DNA of 55,185 nucleotides, from positions 285,627,655 to 285,682,839 of the forward strand of contig NC_058135.1 of NCBI RefSeq assembly GCF_016433145.1, given 5' to 3'. Shown piece by piece: positions 1-11,663 of this stretch; the stretch's first letter is position 1; the number at the start of each line of letters is the position of its first letter. Both the position numbers and the translations under genes were made by a program. The notes beneath the pieces are model-generated. The model had not been told where the DNA came from, did no database searches, and saw nothing but the letters and a program-made list of their open reading frames with translations. This DNA is from Gracilinanus agilis. Its lineage: Eukaryota.

Positions 1-500
1 GAGGGACGGACGGGCGGGTGGGAGGGGACAGCGACCGGAAAGCGAGGACGGCGTCGAACGGAACCGCGCGACAGGAGGGCGGTCCCTCCCCACACCGGCT
101 GAAGTCGCGAAGCGGCGCACGCCTGCGCACGGGGCACCGCCGAAGGCCCGCCGCGAGGGCGGTCGGTTAGCTCGGGCGGAGGCTCCTCCAGGCCCCGCCC
201 CCTCCTCGTGGCGCATCCCGGGGAGATCGTGTCTCCGTCTCCCAAGGGCCGGCGGCCCGGGCCCTCTCTTCTCGCCGCAGTGGAAACGGAGACAGAACCG
301 ATTGCCCGCTGGGCAAGACGGAGATCCAAGCTCGGTCCTTCACGACACCCACTTTTTACCGAAGGGGAAACTGAGGCGCGGGTCCAGAGGTCCGCCAGGG
401 GGCGCGGGAGTGCGCAGAGCGCTAGATAAAAATTTCCTTATTTCGAGCAAAAACCGCGGCATTGTTCTTTACAGTTTTGAGTTGCAAATGCTCTCTCCCC
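1..500. promoter_or_regulatory. CpG-rich promoter-like segment of a neighbouring gene lying mostly outside the window (EEF1G would be expected by human synteny)
   Basis: Dense CpG, GC-box-like ccccgccccc near 194-203, NRF1-like gcgcacgcctgcgca at 115-129. No recognisable coding exon inside the window, so the gene assignment is synteny-based inference only. Confidence 0.45.
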
Positions 501-689
501 TCCCCTCCCCTGGATATTGATTGCCCAATCGATACTGCAGCGACGCAAAACGTGTTTCAGAAGGGCCATATTCCAAGAGAGAACACAGAAAAAAAAAATA
601 AATAAAAGTTAAAAGACTCCGTGGGCTCTTTCTCCGGAGATGAAGAGCGTTTAGTCTTTCCCAGTGGTTCCTGGTACCGTGTTGCTGTC

Positions 690-860
690 ATTGTACATAC
701 ACTCTTCTCCAGGCTCCGCTCCCTGTGCTTTGCAGCTGTCCATATGAGGCTTTCCAGGTTTTCCTGAACCATCCCCGTCGTCGTACCTACTACAATCCTA
801 TTCACATTCCACCAGCCGTTCAGCCATCCCCCAGACGATAGGCTGGCACCCCCTCCAGGT
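690..860 (-). mobile_element. L1 3' UTR fragment (marsupial type)
   Basis: Reverse complement reads ...gatggttcaggaaaacctggaaagcctcatatggacagctgcaaagcacagggagcggagcctggagaagagtgtatgtacaatgacagcaa, resembling the recalled marsupial L1 3' UTR block. Confidence 0.6.
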
Positions 861-1218
861 CCAATTCTTGCCTGCCACAAAAAGAGCCGCTAGTGATATT
901 TTTGTCCATACGGGTCCTTTCCCTTTTCCGCTTGTTTGTTTGTTTTTTCTCTCTGGGACACAAAGCTAGTAGTGGATTCCTGGGGCAAAGGAAATGCAGA
1001 GTTTGGTAACCCTTTGGGCATACAGAAGGACCTCGGTTTACTCAAACTCAGCACAGAAATTCAGGATACAGGATTGGGAATCAAAAAAAAAAAAAGGCAG
1101 AAAAATAAATTAAGTAAAAAGTTTAATTACTTGCTAAATCCATCAATTTCCCTAAGAGGTGCAAAGTCCTGAAGCAGTTTTCCCAGTCAAACTCATTCTC
1201 AGTCTTAAAAACCCGTTA

Positions 1219-1419
1219 GGGGGTAGCTGGGTAGCTCAGTGGATTGAGAGTCAGGCCTAGAGACAGGAGGTCCTAGGTTCAAATCCAGCCTCGGACACTT
1301 CCCAGCTGTGTGACCCTGGGCAAGTCACTTGACCCCCATTGCCCACCCTTACAACTCTTCTACTGAAGAGCCAATACACAGAAGTTAAGGGTTTAAAAAA
1401 AAAGAGTTTAAAAAAAAAA
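1219..1419 (+). mobile_element. Full-length tRNA-derived marsupial SINE (SINE1_Mdo-like)
   Basis: gggggtagctgggtagctcagtgg A-box head, ggttcaaatcc B-box, CORE-like gctgtgtgaccctgggcaagtcactt, tail gccaatacacagaagttaagggtttaaaaaaa, and an imperfect flanking ccgtta duplication. Confidence 0.85.
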
Positions 1420-2420
1420 CAACCGTTAGCATTACATTATGGATATTTACACTGTTTTGCACCTCACATTAGCTCCAGCTTCAGTCTTTGTCCAGAGGTC
1501 TTGTAACAAATGTTGTTGCAGGGAAAGCAGCGCTCCTCTTTGTTTCCTTAATACTATTTAGTTATTAATAATGGTCCCAAAGTAGCAGAGAGGTGATGCT
1601 GGCAGCTCTGATAAGTCTAAGAAAAGTCTGTACATAAAGAGCCTACATGTGCAGGGAGAAGAAATATTTGTCCAATAATGGAATTCACCATTATGCTCAA
1701 TTTTCAACTTAGAAAAACGGCATTTTTTCATGTGACCAAAGCTTTGATTTCTTCTTCTGAAACTTGCCTGTTCATTCATCGCCTTTGACCATTTATCAAT
1801 TGAAGAATTTTTATACATTTTGCTCAATTCTCTTTACGTTTGAGAAATGAGACCTTTAGCAAAGAAACTTGCTTTAAAATCCCCGCCCCACCTCCCACTC
1901 CAGTTTCCTGTTGGCTTTGAATTTTGGCTGCATTAAATTTGGCTACTTGTTTGTGCAAAACATTTTAAATTCCACATGATCAAAATCATCCATGTTACTT
2001 CCTAGGATCCTCTTTCTGGTTTGGTCATAAACTCCTCCCTTCTCCACACTCCCCTAATTTAGTTCTATTAACCCTTTATGTCTAAATCAGTTATGCATTT
2101 TGACGTTGACATATAGTGTGAGTTGTTAGTCTATGCCCAGTATCTGCCAAACTGACTGCTCTCTAGTTTTCCCAGTAATTTTTGTCAAATGGCAGGTTCT
2201 TGCCCAAAAAGCTTGGATCTTTGGGTTTATCAAACATCAGATTACTATATTCTTTTACTCCTGTGTATTGTGTACCTAATCTATTCCACTGATTGACCAC
2301 ACTCTTAGACAGCACTAGATTTTTATCCCATTTGGGATCTATTTTGAAATCTGCTTCTTTTTAAGACTGCCTTTCCTCACATTTTTTCACTGATCCCTTT
2401 GACTTTTCATTCTTCCAGAT

Positions 2421-2625
2421 CAGGGGTCGGCAACATATGGCTCTCGAGCCATATCTGGCTCTTTCGAGGGCCAGATAGGGCTCTTTCTGCAGGAGCCATA
2501 AAGTCCATTTTTTTCAGGCGCTGTTACAGGAGCGGCACTGGGAGCACTGTACGGCTCTCACGAAATGACATTTTAAAAAATGTGGCGTTTATGGCTCTCA
2601 CGGCTAAAAAGGTTGCCGACCCCTG
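2421..2625. mobile_element. Non-autonomous hAT DNA transposon (MITE), 205 bp
   Basis: Perfect 14-bp TIRs caggggtcggcaac (2421-2434) and gttgccgacccctg (2612-2625); 8-bp TSD ttccagat (2413-2420) / ttgcagat (2626-2633), one mismatch. Confidence 0.9.
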
Positions 2626-3231
2626 TTGCAGATGATACTTTTTCCAGTTCTATAGAATAATTCTCACTCATTTGATTGGCATGGCACAGGATGAGCAAAT
2701 TAGTTGAAGTAGAAATGTCATTTTTCTTATCAGCTTGGCCTGCGCTATAACAGTATTTCTCCAATTGTTTATGTCTGTTTTGTAATTGTGTCCACATTTT
2801 CCTTCAGTTTGTCTCAGCAGGTAAACTTTCAAGTGTTTTATACTATCTGCAATTATTTTAAATGGAATTTATCACATGCTGCTGGTTTTTGTTGATGGTA
2901 TATCAAAATACTAGACTTGTGGGTTTATTTTATATCCTGCAACTTTGCTCAATTTGTTGTTTCAACTAGTTTTTCAGTTGATTCTCCAAGTACGCTGTAT
3001 CATGTCATCTGCAGTGATAAGTTTGGTTTACTCATAGCCTATTTTTAGTCCTTCAGTTTCGTTTTCTTGTCTTATCGCCTTAGCTAGCATCTCTAGTACA
3101 ATATTGAATAGTAGTGATAATAGGCGTCACTCCTGATTTGACTGAGGCTTTTAGTTAACCCTAATGTGGATTGCTCTTGGTTTTAGATACTTGTTTTAAG
3201 AAAGGATCCATTGATTCCTATGCTTGCCAGT

Positions 3232-3428
3232 TTTTTTGTTTGTTTGTTTTTAAACCCTTAACTTCTGTGTTTTGGCTCCAAGGCAGAAGAGTGGTAAGGG
3301 CTAGGCAATGGGGGTCAAGTGACTTGCCCAGGGTCACACAGCTGGGAAGTGTCTGAGGCTGGATTTGAACCTAGGACCTCCTGTCTCTAGGCCTGGCTCT
3401 CCATCCCCTGAGCTACCCAGCTGCCCCC
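3232..3428 (-). mobile_element. SINE1_Mdo-like SINE, antisense, inserted in L1
   Basis: Reverse complement of the same SINE as 1219-1419, flanked by a cttgccagt direct repeat (3223-3231 and 3431-3439). Confidence 0.88.
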
Positions 3429-3943
3429 TACTTGCCAGTCTTTAATAGGAATAGGTATTGCATTTTGTCAAAGCCTTTTTCAGCTTCTCGAGATAATTCT
3501 ATTATTTTTGTTATTGATATGGTCAATTATACTGATCTTTTTGCTAATATTGAGCCAGCCCTGCATTCCTAGTATAAATCCCACCTTGTCATAATGTGTA
3601 TTTGTGATATATTGCTACAATCTCCTTACTAGTATTTTACAAATTTTTATTCATTAAGGAACTTGGACGATAGTTCTGTTTTTGCTCTTCCTGGTTTCAG
3701 TATAATATTAAGTTCATAAAATGTATGATTATGAAGGGCTGAGTGAAAATGAAGATGGATTTTTCCCCCATCCAAGTTCATATCCCTCCATGAACTCTCT
3801 CCACAGACCCCCAGCCCCTTCCTGGCTCAGCCCCAAACCTAAAGGCTTGTTAAAAGGGATGTTTGGCATTTAAACCTCAGCTCTCCAATGCCAGGCAGTG
3901 CCCCAAAGGCAAAACCCAGAGATGAAGCTTGTGTAAAAAGCAC

Positions 3944-3949
3944 TTTATT
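3944..3949 (-). terminator. TUT1 polyadenylation signal AATAAA
   Basis: tttatt on the + strand, 14 nt past the TGA stop at 3964-3966. Confidence 0.75.
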
Positions 3950-3963
3950 GCCCCTTCCTCTCC

Positions 3964-6900
3964 TCAGTCGCCTTTCTCACACCCGAGGATGCCCCGAAGA
4001 GTTCGTGGTAGAAAGCCTTGTAAGAAGTGATGAAGATCAGGGAACAGGCCCTGAGGATCGTGGAGCTGGGTGAGAGTCAAGAACTGGCCGGTGGGGCTGA
4101 CAGAAGCAGTAAAGGTGAGGAGGGGCTGTGGCGGCTCTGGCTCTTTTCTCTGCTTCCTGCTCTCCTGGGTCATCAGCTCCTGGGTCACCAGAGTCTCAGC
4201 CTGCAGCCAGCTTATTTCTCCTTTGGCTTGCTGCTGCAACTGCCTCCGGAGCCTCCGCCGCCCAAGCCACACCCGGCGCCGCAGTGCACAGAGCCAGGTT
4301 TGTGTCCTCCCCAGCCCTGCTTCCTCCCCTCCCCGGGCAGTTTCCATCTCTTCAGTCCCTGGATTTTCCGGCTTTCCTCTCCTTTCAATCCAATGCTGCC
4401 AAAGCCCCTGTGGCTGCTCCCCTGACTGCCCAACGTCCCCTGTGGTTGATGGCTGGTCCTCTTTGTCATCAGCCACCAGCATCATCTCTTCGACGGCAGC
4501 CTCTCCTTGGTGCCCCTCAGATGCCTGATCCTGCAGGGATCCCTTCTGCTCTTCCTCCCTCTCTAATCTTAGTCTCTTACTGGGTCCTCCCTGGGGCCAC
4601 TCCTCCCCATCTCCATCTTCTTCTGGCCTCCGCCTCTTGCTGCTCTGCTCTACCTGGCACCCCAGTATTTCCTCTAACACCTGAGTGATGGCAGCACAGA
4701 GCTGGGAGAAGGGGGCCGAGGGCAGGGGGATGGGAGTAACAGAGAGCAGGGAGTTGGCAGAGCTGGGCTGAAGCAGAGGAAGCAAACCCCAGTCCCGGCC
4801 CCGGGGCGAACGACGCTGGAACTGGAGGCTTCGGCAGTAATTAGCTGAATCCCGACAACAGTTCTGCAGGCGACCAGCCACTCGGCTGGTCACATTTGCT
4901 GCCACGTTATGACTCAAGTCAAAAGGGTCCTGGAGGTTCAGAGGACCAACTCGTAAGCCCCCCCAGAGACCAGGGGGCAGGCCCTCTGCTACGGGCAGCG
5001 GTCGGCCTTCCCTCAGCGACAGCAGCGAGCCTCGGAGCTCCCAGCTGGAGACACAGGTAAAGAACTGGGCCAGGAGGGCATCTGTAAGGAAGGCTGAACT
5101 GAAGACCAAAATCCAATCCATTCACCAGGGAAGGACTGGGATTCCTCAACCCTCCTGACCCCTGGGGCACAAGCCCTCTCCCCAGCCCAGCCCCTACCAA
5201 GACCACCCCCCTCCCTTGCTTCTAGGCAGTCTCTGGACATTTACCAAGGGGCTCAGTGTTGGTGCTAGGCTCCAGGCAGGAAACCTCCTGGGGGAAGCTG
5301 CAGTCCCAGCCGTCCACCTCAACCTGTTCCTCCTCACCTAGGAACACAAAAGAGAAAGGGCAGCTCTAGCAAGAGACAGGAAATGTGGCAAAGAGGCCAG
5401 GAGACAGAGACATTCTCAGGGTCTCCCCGGAGAACTCACAGTTACTAAAGACAAGAGAGTTGTCTGTCCATCAGGAAGACAGTGATGTGGGCAGATGAAG
5501 CTGAAGACAGACAAGGGTGAGGGTGAGGGCCTCAGGAGCCTACCTGCCATCTGGGTGAGCCTTGTGAGGGGGGGCAGCACAGGAGGGTCCCGGGTTTGAA
5601 GGAAGTAGATCACCAAGAGAGTCAGGGCATAATTACTCAGAAGAGGGCCACTCCCTGGGCAGAAAACCAAGATTTAGCATTAGCCAAGGAGAAAGAACCT
5701 CCTGGATCCCACCCAGTTCCATGTAGCCTAAGTGTCTGTGAGTCTCTGCCTTGATCCCTCCAGTGACCACCATGTCACAAACTGTCTTCACTTCCACTCC
5801 ATCCTTACCCGTCAGTCCTCGTCCCTGAGCCCAGCAGCGCAGGGTATAGACCAGAGGCCGAACCCGCCTGTCCAGCTCACAGCAGAAGTTCAGGAACCGT
5901 GAATTATATAAAGCCAGCCTGGGATAAAAAGGACACCAAGGACATGCAGGAGTTCAGGCCCCCAATACCGTAAAGCCTGGGGCCTCCACTCTGAATCAAG
6001 GATAAGGAAAAGAGGTCAGCCAAAGCATGGCCACCGCTCCCATTTCTGTGCCTCAGTCATCTCCTAGGCCTGTCTGCTACAAAACCTGCCTCAATTCCCA
6101 ACTCCATCTCTGCCTGCTTTCAGGCTCACCTTCTACAGGAGAGCTCCTCCCCCCATTAGAAAACGCTCTTTCCCTCTTCAGTTACTTTCTATTTCCTTCT
6201 CTGGCTGGGCTGTGAATGTGACTCGCTTGGGGGCAGAGGCCAGGACCCAGGACACTGCCCTGAATGGAAGAGATACCGAATAAACACCCAGCCATGGGCC
6301 TGAAATAGAGCCGGGAGGCAAGAAATGGGGTCACGGGCAGCATCATGGACACAGAACTTGGTCAAAGGGCCCACAGCAGTGACGGGCCAGGAAGGAGAAA
6401 AGCAAAGCCCTTAGCGCAGGACGCTCCAGAAGCTCCCAGCCCACTAAGGGTCCCTCCCCTCATCCCGCAGGAACATTCTCTGGGAAATTTTCCCAACATA
6501 CCTGTTACTGAGGGAGATGTCACCGTGAAGACCAGAGGGCCGATGGCAGAACTTGACCACAGGGCGTCGAGCCGAAGGCACTGTCCGGACACTGTGCACC
6601 CCAGGGACACAGCCTCGGAGGACAGACCCAACAAGTTCCAGCATCGCCTCCCCCTCTCCTTCCTCCCCGTTCAGGGCTCCAACAAGTTCCCAGGCCTCCC
6701 CCAGGTCCTTCTCTCTCAGCTCCTCTTGGATGGGTGAAACTGGGGGCAAAGACTGCGGGGAGGCTAGGGCCTCGGACGCCAAGGCAGAGTCAGGGGTCAG
6801 AGGGGCTAGGGAAGAGGTGGGGGTTTCAGAGTCTTGGGGAGAAGCTGGAGCCTGAGAGTCTACAGGGGAAGCTGGGGTGGAGGCCAAGGCTTGAGGATCC

Positions 6901-9900
6901 AGTGGGGAAGCAAGGGCAGAGTCCAAAGCTGGAGAGGCTGGGGCCTTTGGGTCCCGCTGTGGGGGAGAGTCAGGTTGGGACCATTATTTCTGAACATTTC
7001 CCATTAGTGGAAGCACCTGCCCTCCCATCTCCCATCCTCTGTCCAGCTGCTCAGCCTCAGCCTGGCAGTCATCTCCTCCCTAACTTCCCCACCCTATAAC
7101 CTACTCATCCCTTCCCTATTGATACAAAGCAGTATAAAGAAGAGTGGACTAGGCATCTGATTGCGAGATCTGGGTTCGAATCCCACTGCCAACATTTACT
7201 AACTGGGCAGCTACAGGAAGTTAATTAAATTTCTGAGCCTCCGTGTTCTCCTCTGCACACCTGGGACTGCCCAAAATCCAAGGAGATCACACACACAATG
7301 TCACTCAGAAAGCAGCTCCCTCCTCCTCACCCATCTCACCTGGGGCCCCTCCAAACTGCCCATATCCAGGAAGAGGTCAAGGTCACAACCATGGACACCA
7401 AAGCCATTTGTGGAGGAGCCAAAGGGACGGATGACGCAGCCTGAGTGGTGAGCAGAGCATCGAGATCAGGGGATGTCTAAAGAGACAGGTGGCTGCATGA
7501 TGGAATGGGCAGGGAAGAAGATGTAGGGCAGGACGGGAGCCTACAATAGAGCCTCAAAGGCAAAATGGCCTCAGGAACTCAGGGACTGGCATCACAGAGT
7601 CAGACAGAGGAACAGAGAGGGATGGGCAAGCCTCACCAGGGAAGAACTCAGTGAAGACCTCTTGCATCAGCATCACAACGAGCCCTCGTAGCTGTCGCTC
7701 AGCTTCAGAGAGCTCTCGAAGCCCCACCAGCTTCACCATCTGGGCCTCCACATCTGGAGCCTCTGCCAGGGCCTGGGTCAGTTGCTGGTCATCTGGAGGT
7801 GCCCCTTTGGGGGACTTGGGAGCTGGAGTCTGGAACTCTTTCTGTTCCCGAGGCCGAACACGGAGTCGATGGCCACTAAGAACATGCTGGGTCTGGGCCA
7901 AAACGGCATCCCGGGCACCTGTGTCTCCCATCTCAACAATGGCAAACACACCCTGACAGGCCACCACAGAGAACACAGGCCTCAGAAACTCTTTTCCAAT
8001 CACTGTGGCCTCCCCCATTCCCAGCCACCTCATAGTTCCTCCCACCCTGTCCCTCTCATCTCCCTTTCCCTAGATTTGACTTCCTTCTCAGTCCATAGTC
8101 CTCCCTGAATGTGACAGTCCTTAGACTTTGAACAATGACTTGCCCAGGGCACCACTCAAACCAGGCTGGCCCCACTACCTTGTCCTTGTCCATGACAATG
8201 CTAGCCACAGGCCCGAAGGCCTGAAAATATTCAGAAAGCTGGGTCGGATCCAGGCCCCGGGGAAAGCCGCTGACAAACACACTCCGCAGGCCCTGGGCCC
8301 TTCTTGTCGCCCGAAGCTCTTCAAGCCGGAGGTGCTTCTTGCCCTTGAGGTGGGCATCCAGGCTGGGTCCTGGCAAGATGCATTCATTAAACATATACCC
8401 TGTGACAGGCTAACAATGCAAAGACAAAACAATGATTGTTTCTTCATGACTTCTCATTTTGCATGGTGGAAAGAGTCAAACAAAGTACTCTGGGACAATG
8501 TGAAAGTGGAAAGAACAATTTTAGCCGGGAGAATCATAGGACCCTAGTCTTGGAGCTCAAAGGGACTCTGGAGGCCCATCTAGTCCTTTTATAGTTAAGG
8601 AAACTGAGAACTTCAGTGACTTGAAGAAGGTCATGCAGGGAAAAAAAGTGAAGGAATCAAATTTTGAACCCAGGTCTTCTTATTCCAAATCTAGCATCCT
8701 TTTCCATTCTTTAAGCAAGATGGGGAGATTCTCCTTGGGCTGAACTTGAAGGCAGAGCCAGGATCCCCTTGGGAGTCTGCCAAGCTTGAGAAACAAAAAG
8801 TACCCAAAGAGAGTCACACAAAGTCAAGTAGAAAGGCTCAATGGAAACCCCATCATGGATGCCCTGACATGCTGGGCAAAGGAATTAAGTGCTTGGTCTT
8901 AGAGGCAACAGAAAGTCATGGAAGGGTTTTGGGCAGAGAAGAAACAGGCCCAGGCATGATTCTGGCAGTCTTTGGGAATGTGATGGAAGAGTAAGGGGAG
9001 AGACTTCAAGTAGGGAAACTAGTTAGGAGACCATAACCCCAGTGGGAGGTGGTATGGGTCTGAGCAAGAATGCTGGTTTGGGGAGGGAAAGAGGAGAGAT
9101 GTTATGGAGACAGAATCAACAAGATTTGGCAAGTGATTGGGCACTTTGAGATTAGGACCCTAGGTGAAGAGGAAGATGGCAGGAAACTGAGAAGTAAGGC
9201 ATTTTGGGCCAGGAGAACATGCTGAGTTTGAGCATGAGAGAAAGATCCAGAGGAAAGTGTCCAGTATGCAGTCAAGGGAGTTCTGGAGACAGATGAGTTA
9301 TTAGTATAGAGATATGGGAATAATCTGTATAGAGACGAAATTATGGAAACAGAAGAGTGTCTCAAAAGGAGATTGTGTAAAAAGAGAAGGAAAGGGCCAG
9401 GACACAGCTTCAGGAGACCCCCATGCTAAGTGGATAGGGAGGAGTCTGAAAATAAAGCAGAAGAAGAAGCTAGAGAAAGCAAAGTATCACACCCAGCTTC
9501 ATAGAGCTACCTCAATGGTAATCTCATCAGAACCCAATCTAAAAAGGAATCTCCACTAAAACAGGGTCTAAAGCAGTGATGGTGAACCTATGACACAGGT
9601 GCCAAAAATGGCACACAGAGCACTCTCTGTGAGCACTCAACTGCCTCCCCCCCCCCCAGTTTGTTATTAGAAAGGGAGAGAGACTTGGGCAAAGCTGCTC
9701 CCCTCCACCTCTCCACCTTGCCTGAGAATATTTTTTCACATCACCTGCCCCTCTGCCCAGCAACCCAAAGGAAGCACAAAGTGGGTAAGGTGGGCAGCTC
9801 ACAGGTGGCTGAGCTAGAGGGGAGGAGAGCACTCAGGCTACTCCCCTCCCTCTCTCTACACTAACTGAGGACATTCCTCACTTTACCCATCCCTCCACCC

Positions 9901-11663
9901 AGCAGCCCAAAGGGAGCACTTTCTCTTCCACTGTGGGAGGTAAGGGGAGAGGGGCATAGCATTTGGGGGGAGGGCACTCCATCTCTAAAAGGTTTGCCAT
10001 CACTGTTCTAAAGGTTAGAGTAGTCTCTATTATAGAGCAATTAGAAGTATTAGGAAGAAGAAGGTTGAGAAAAGGTCATCAAGAGACCTAAGGAGAGCGA
10101 TTTCAATAGATTTTGAGTGGTCAGGCTGCAAGGAGCTGAAGAGTGAGGTGTAGAAGTAGAGACAATGACTATGGAGGAAAAGAGAGTAAAGACATAGAAT
10201 GCTGACTAAGGACAATTAAAGTTGATTTAATGATGGGGAAGGTTTGCTCATAGGCAGTAGAAAAGGGAGAGAATGAGGAGGGGGAATAAACAAGGAGACA
10301 GGAACAGGTCAGCTCAAGAGCGGAAGCAGTGGGGCTGAGTGGCCTTGGTAAGGAGAAGTCACACCCTCAGAGACCAGAGCAAAGATGTAGAAAGGTTTGG
10401 AGTTAGAGTAGGACAGAGGAGAGAGCTCAAACAGATAGCCTCAATCAGGGATAGGGGTAAGAACTAGATGAGGTTTGGAAAAGCCACAGTAGACATTTCA
10501 ACAGAATCCACTGCAGATTAATTCGAAGGGTTGCCTTGCAGCACCGAGTGTCCCTTTGAGATGAAATACCATGAATTTGCAGTGTGCCCAGTCTACATGA
10601 TTTTGAGTTTTTGAGTGAATTTCAGGGCCTCAGAAAGAGGAGCAGAGCAGGCCTACCATGGGGTAAGCCTGGCTGGAAGATGAGCAGGGAATGCACAAGA
10701 GGGCAAGCAGGCCCTTCAAGGGTGGCAGGCAGCATTTCTTAAAATGAAGTTTTAAGATTCACAAATTCTCTCTTGGTCATGTCCAGATGGAAATACATAT
10801 ACATATACATGTGCTATACATACATGCATGTATATAGAGAGCAGAGACACAGAGAAGACAGGGGTGGGGGAGGAAAGGCAGATGGAGAGAAGCAGACAAA
10901 GACAGGCTAGGAGAGAGCGGGAGGGAAAGAGGAAAGGCTGGGGGAGGGGGAGGGCGGCACAAAGGGACAGACAGAGGGAGGTGCCAAGAGTCCCAGCACA
11001 GTTCCTTCTCTCAGGATTTTGTCTGGCACCATGGACCGTGGTGGGTCTGTGACTGTTGAACCGCACAAGGGCTTGGGGAGGCAGACTGGAAGAAGGGGCA
11101 TCTCGGGCCTCCCTGCCTGGCTCCTGGTGGTGGCCATGAGTGCCTCGGGTTGGCCAGCCCCTGGACTCATCAGAGAGAGACCTTAATAACAATGACAAGG
11201 TCTCCTCGGACCTCGGTTTGCGCCTCTGGGAAATGATGGGCTAGAAAGATACGAGGGATGAAGAACATCCTGTAATGGGTGTCGGATGCCTTGGGTTCAA
11301 GTCCTGCCTCGGGCCCTCGCTGGGTGAGCCTGATCAAAACTTCGTCACTGCCTCAGTTTCCGTCCAGCTCCCAGCTGGGCCTCCGCCTTCTCCTTGGCCC
11401 CTGATCCTGCGAGCTAGCAGCGGGCTCGAATTCTGCCTCGGCCCTAAGTAACTCCCCTGGCCCTGGGTTTCCTCACCGGGAGGACTGTAGTTATCAGGTG
11501 AGTCCCAGGTAAAGGGGGCCCAAGTCCACTCCGCCCAGGCCTGGGGGCTCTGTGGCCCATAACCTCCACCCAGCCCCTTACGATTAGCGGTGTTCACTTG
11601 GCAGAGGCAGCATCTGAAGCCCCCGCGCGGTAAAGCCTCCACATCCGGCTCCATCGCCGCCAT
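3964..11663 (-). CDS. TUT1: U6 snRNA terminal uridylyltransferase / Star-PAP; 9 coding exons, 858 aa
   Basis: Exons: 11582-11663, 8179-8369, 7637-7952, 7340-7440, 6502-6956, 5809-5918, 5544-5654, 5245-5337, 3964-5081 (2577 nt, all GT-AG, phases consistent). N-terminus [23 protein letters not shown] zinc finger, RRM ([10 protein letters not shown]), palm motif [13 protein letters not shown], Pro-rich insert, [14 protein letters not shown] and C-terminal [13 protein letters not shown] match recalled human TUT1. Confidence 0.97.
7135..7260 (+). mobile_element. MIR/CORE-SINE fragment
   Basis: gagatctgggttcgaatcccactgcc...atttctgagcctccgtgttctcctctg CORE-like sequence. Confidence 0.6.
8850..10500 (-). 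mobile_element. Ancient L2 fragments in TUT1 intron 1, interrupted by the hAT element at 9574-10005
   Basis: Purine-rich antisense L2-like tracts such as gaacatgctgagtttgagcatg and ccagaggaaagtgtccagtatgcag. Boundaries are approximate. Confidence 0.55.
9574..10005. mobile_element. Non-autonomous hAT DNA transposon, 432 bp
   Basis: 16-bp TIRs cagtgatggtgaacct (9574-9589) and aggtttgccatcactg (9990-10005); 8-bp TSD gtctaaag (9566-9573) / ttctaaag (10006-10013), resembling the NTCTAGAN target preference of Charlie-type hATs. Confidence 0.9.

Larger units (their letters stand above)
1700..3705 (-). mobile_element. Degenerate L1 ORF2/3' region, interrupted by a hAT MITE and a SINE
   Basis: AT-rich antisense L1 signatures such as cctttgaccatttatcaatt, gggtttatcaaacatcagatt, ctagtacaatattgaatagtagtgataatagg and gccagccctgcattcctagtataaatcccac. 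No open frame remains. Confidence 0.8.

Noticed and set aside
557-880. 107-aa minus-strand ORF that looks protein-like (Trp-rich)
   Set aside because: It overlaps an L1 3' UTR-like fragment and ends in a poly-T-derived run; no recognisable domain.
1219-3428. tRNA-like A/B boxes suggesting tRNA genes, and an inverted SINE pair 1.8 kb apart
   Set aside because: These are SINE heads, not cloverleaf tRNAs. The pair lies beyond the TUT1 poly(A) site with no evidence of being co-transcribed.
10500-11200. Possible intronic snoRNA or miRNA in TUT1 intron 1
   Set aside because: I could not identify paired C/D or H/ACA boxes with terminal stems or a clean hairpin; the region is simple-repeat and purine-rich. 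An Infernal/Rfam scan would be decisive.
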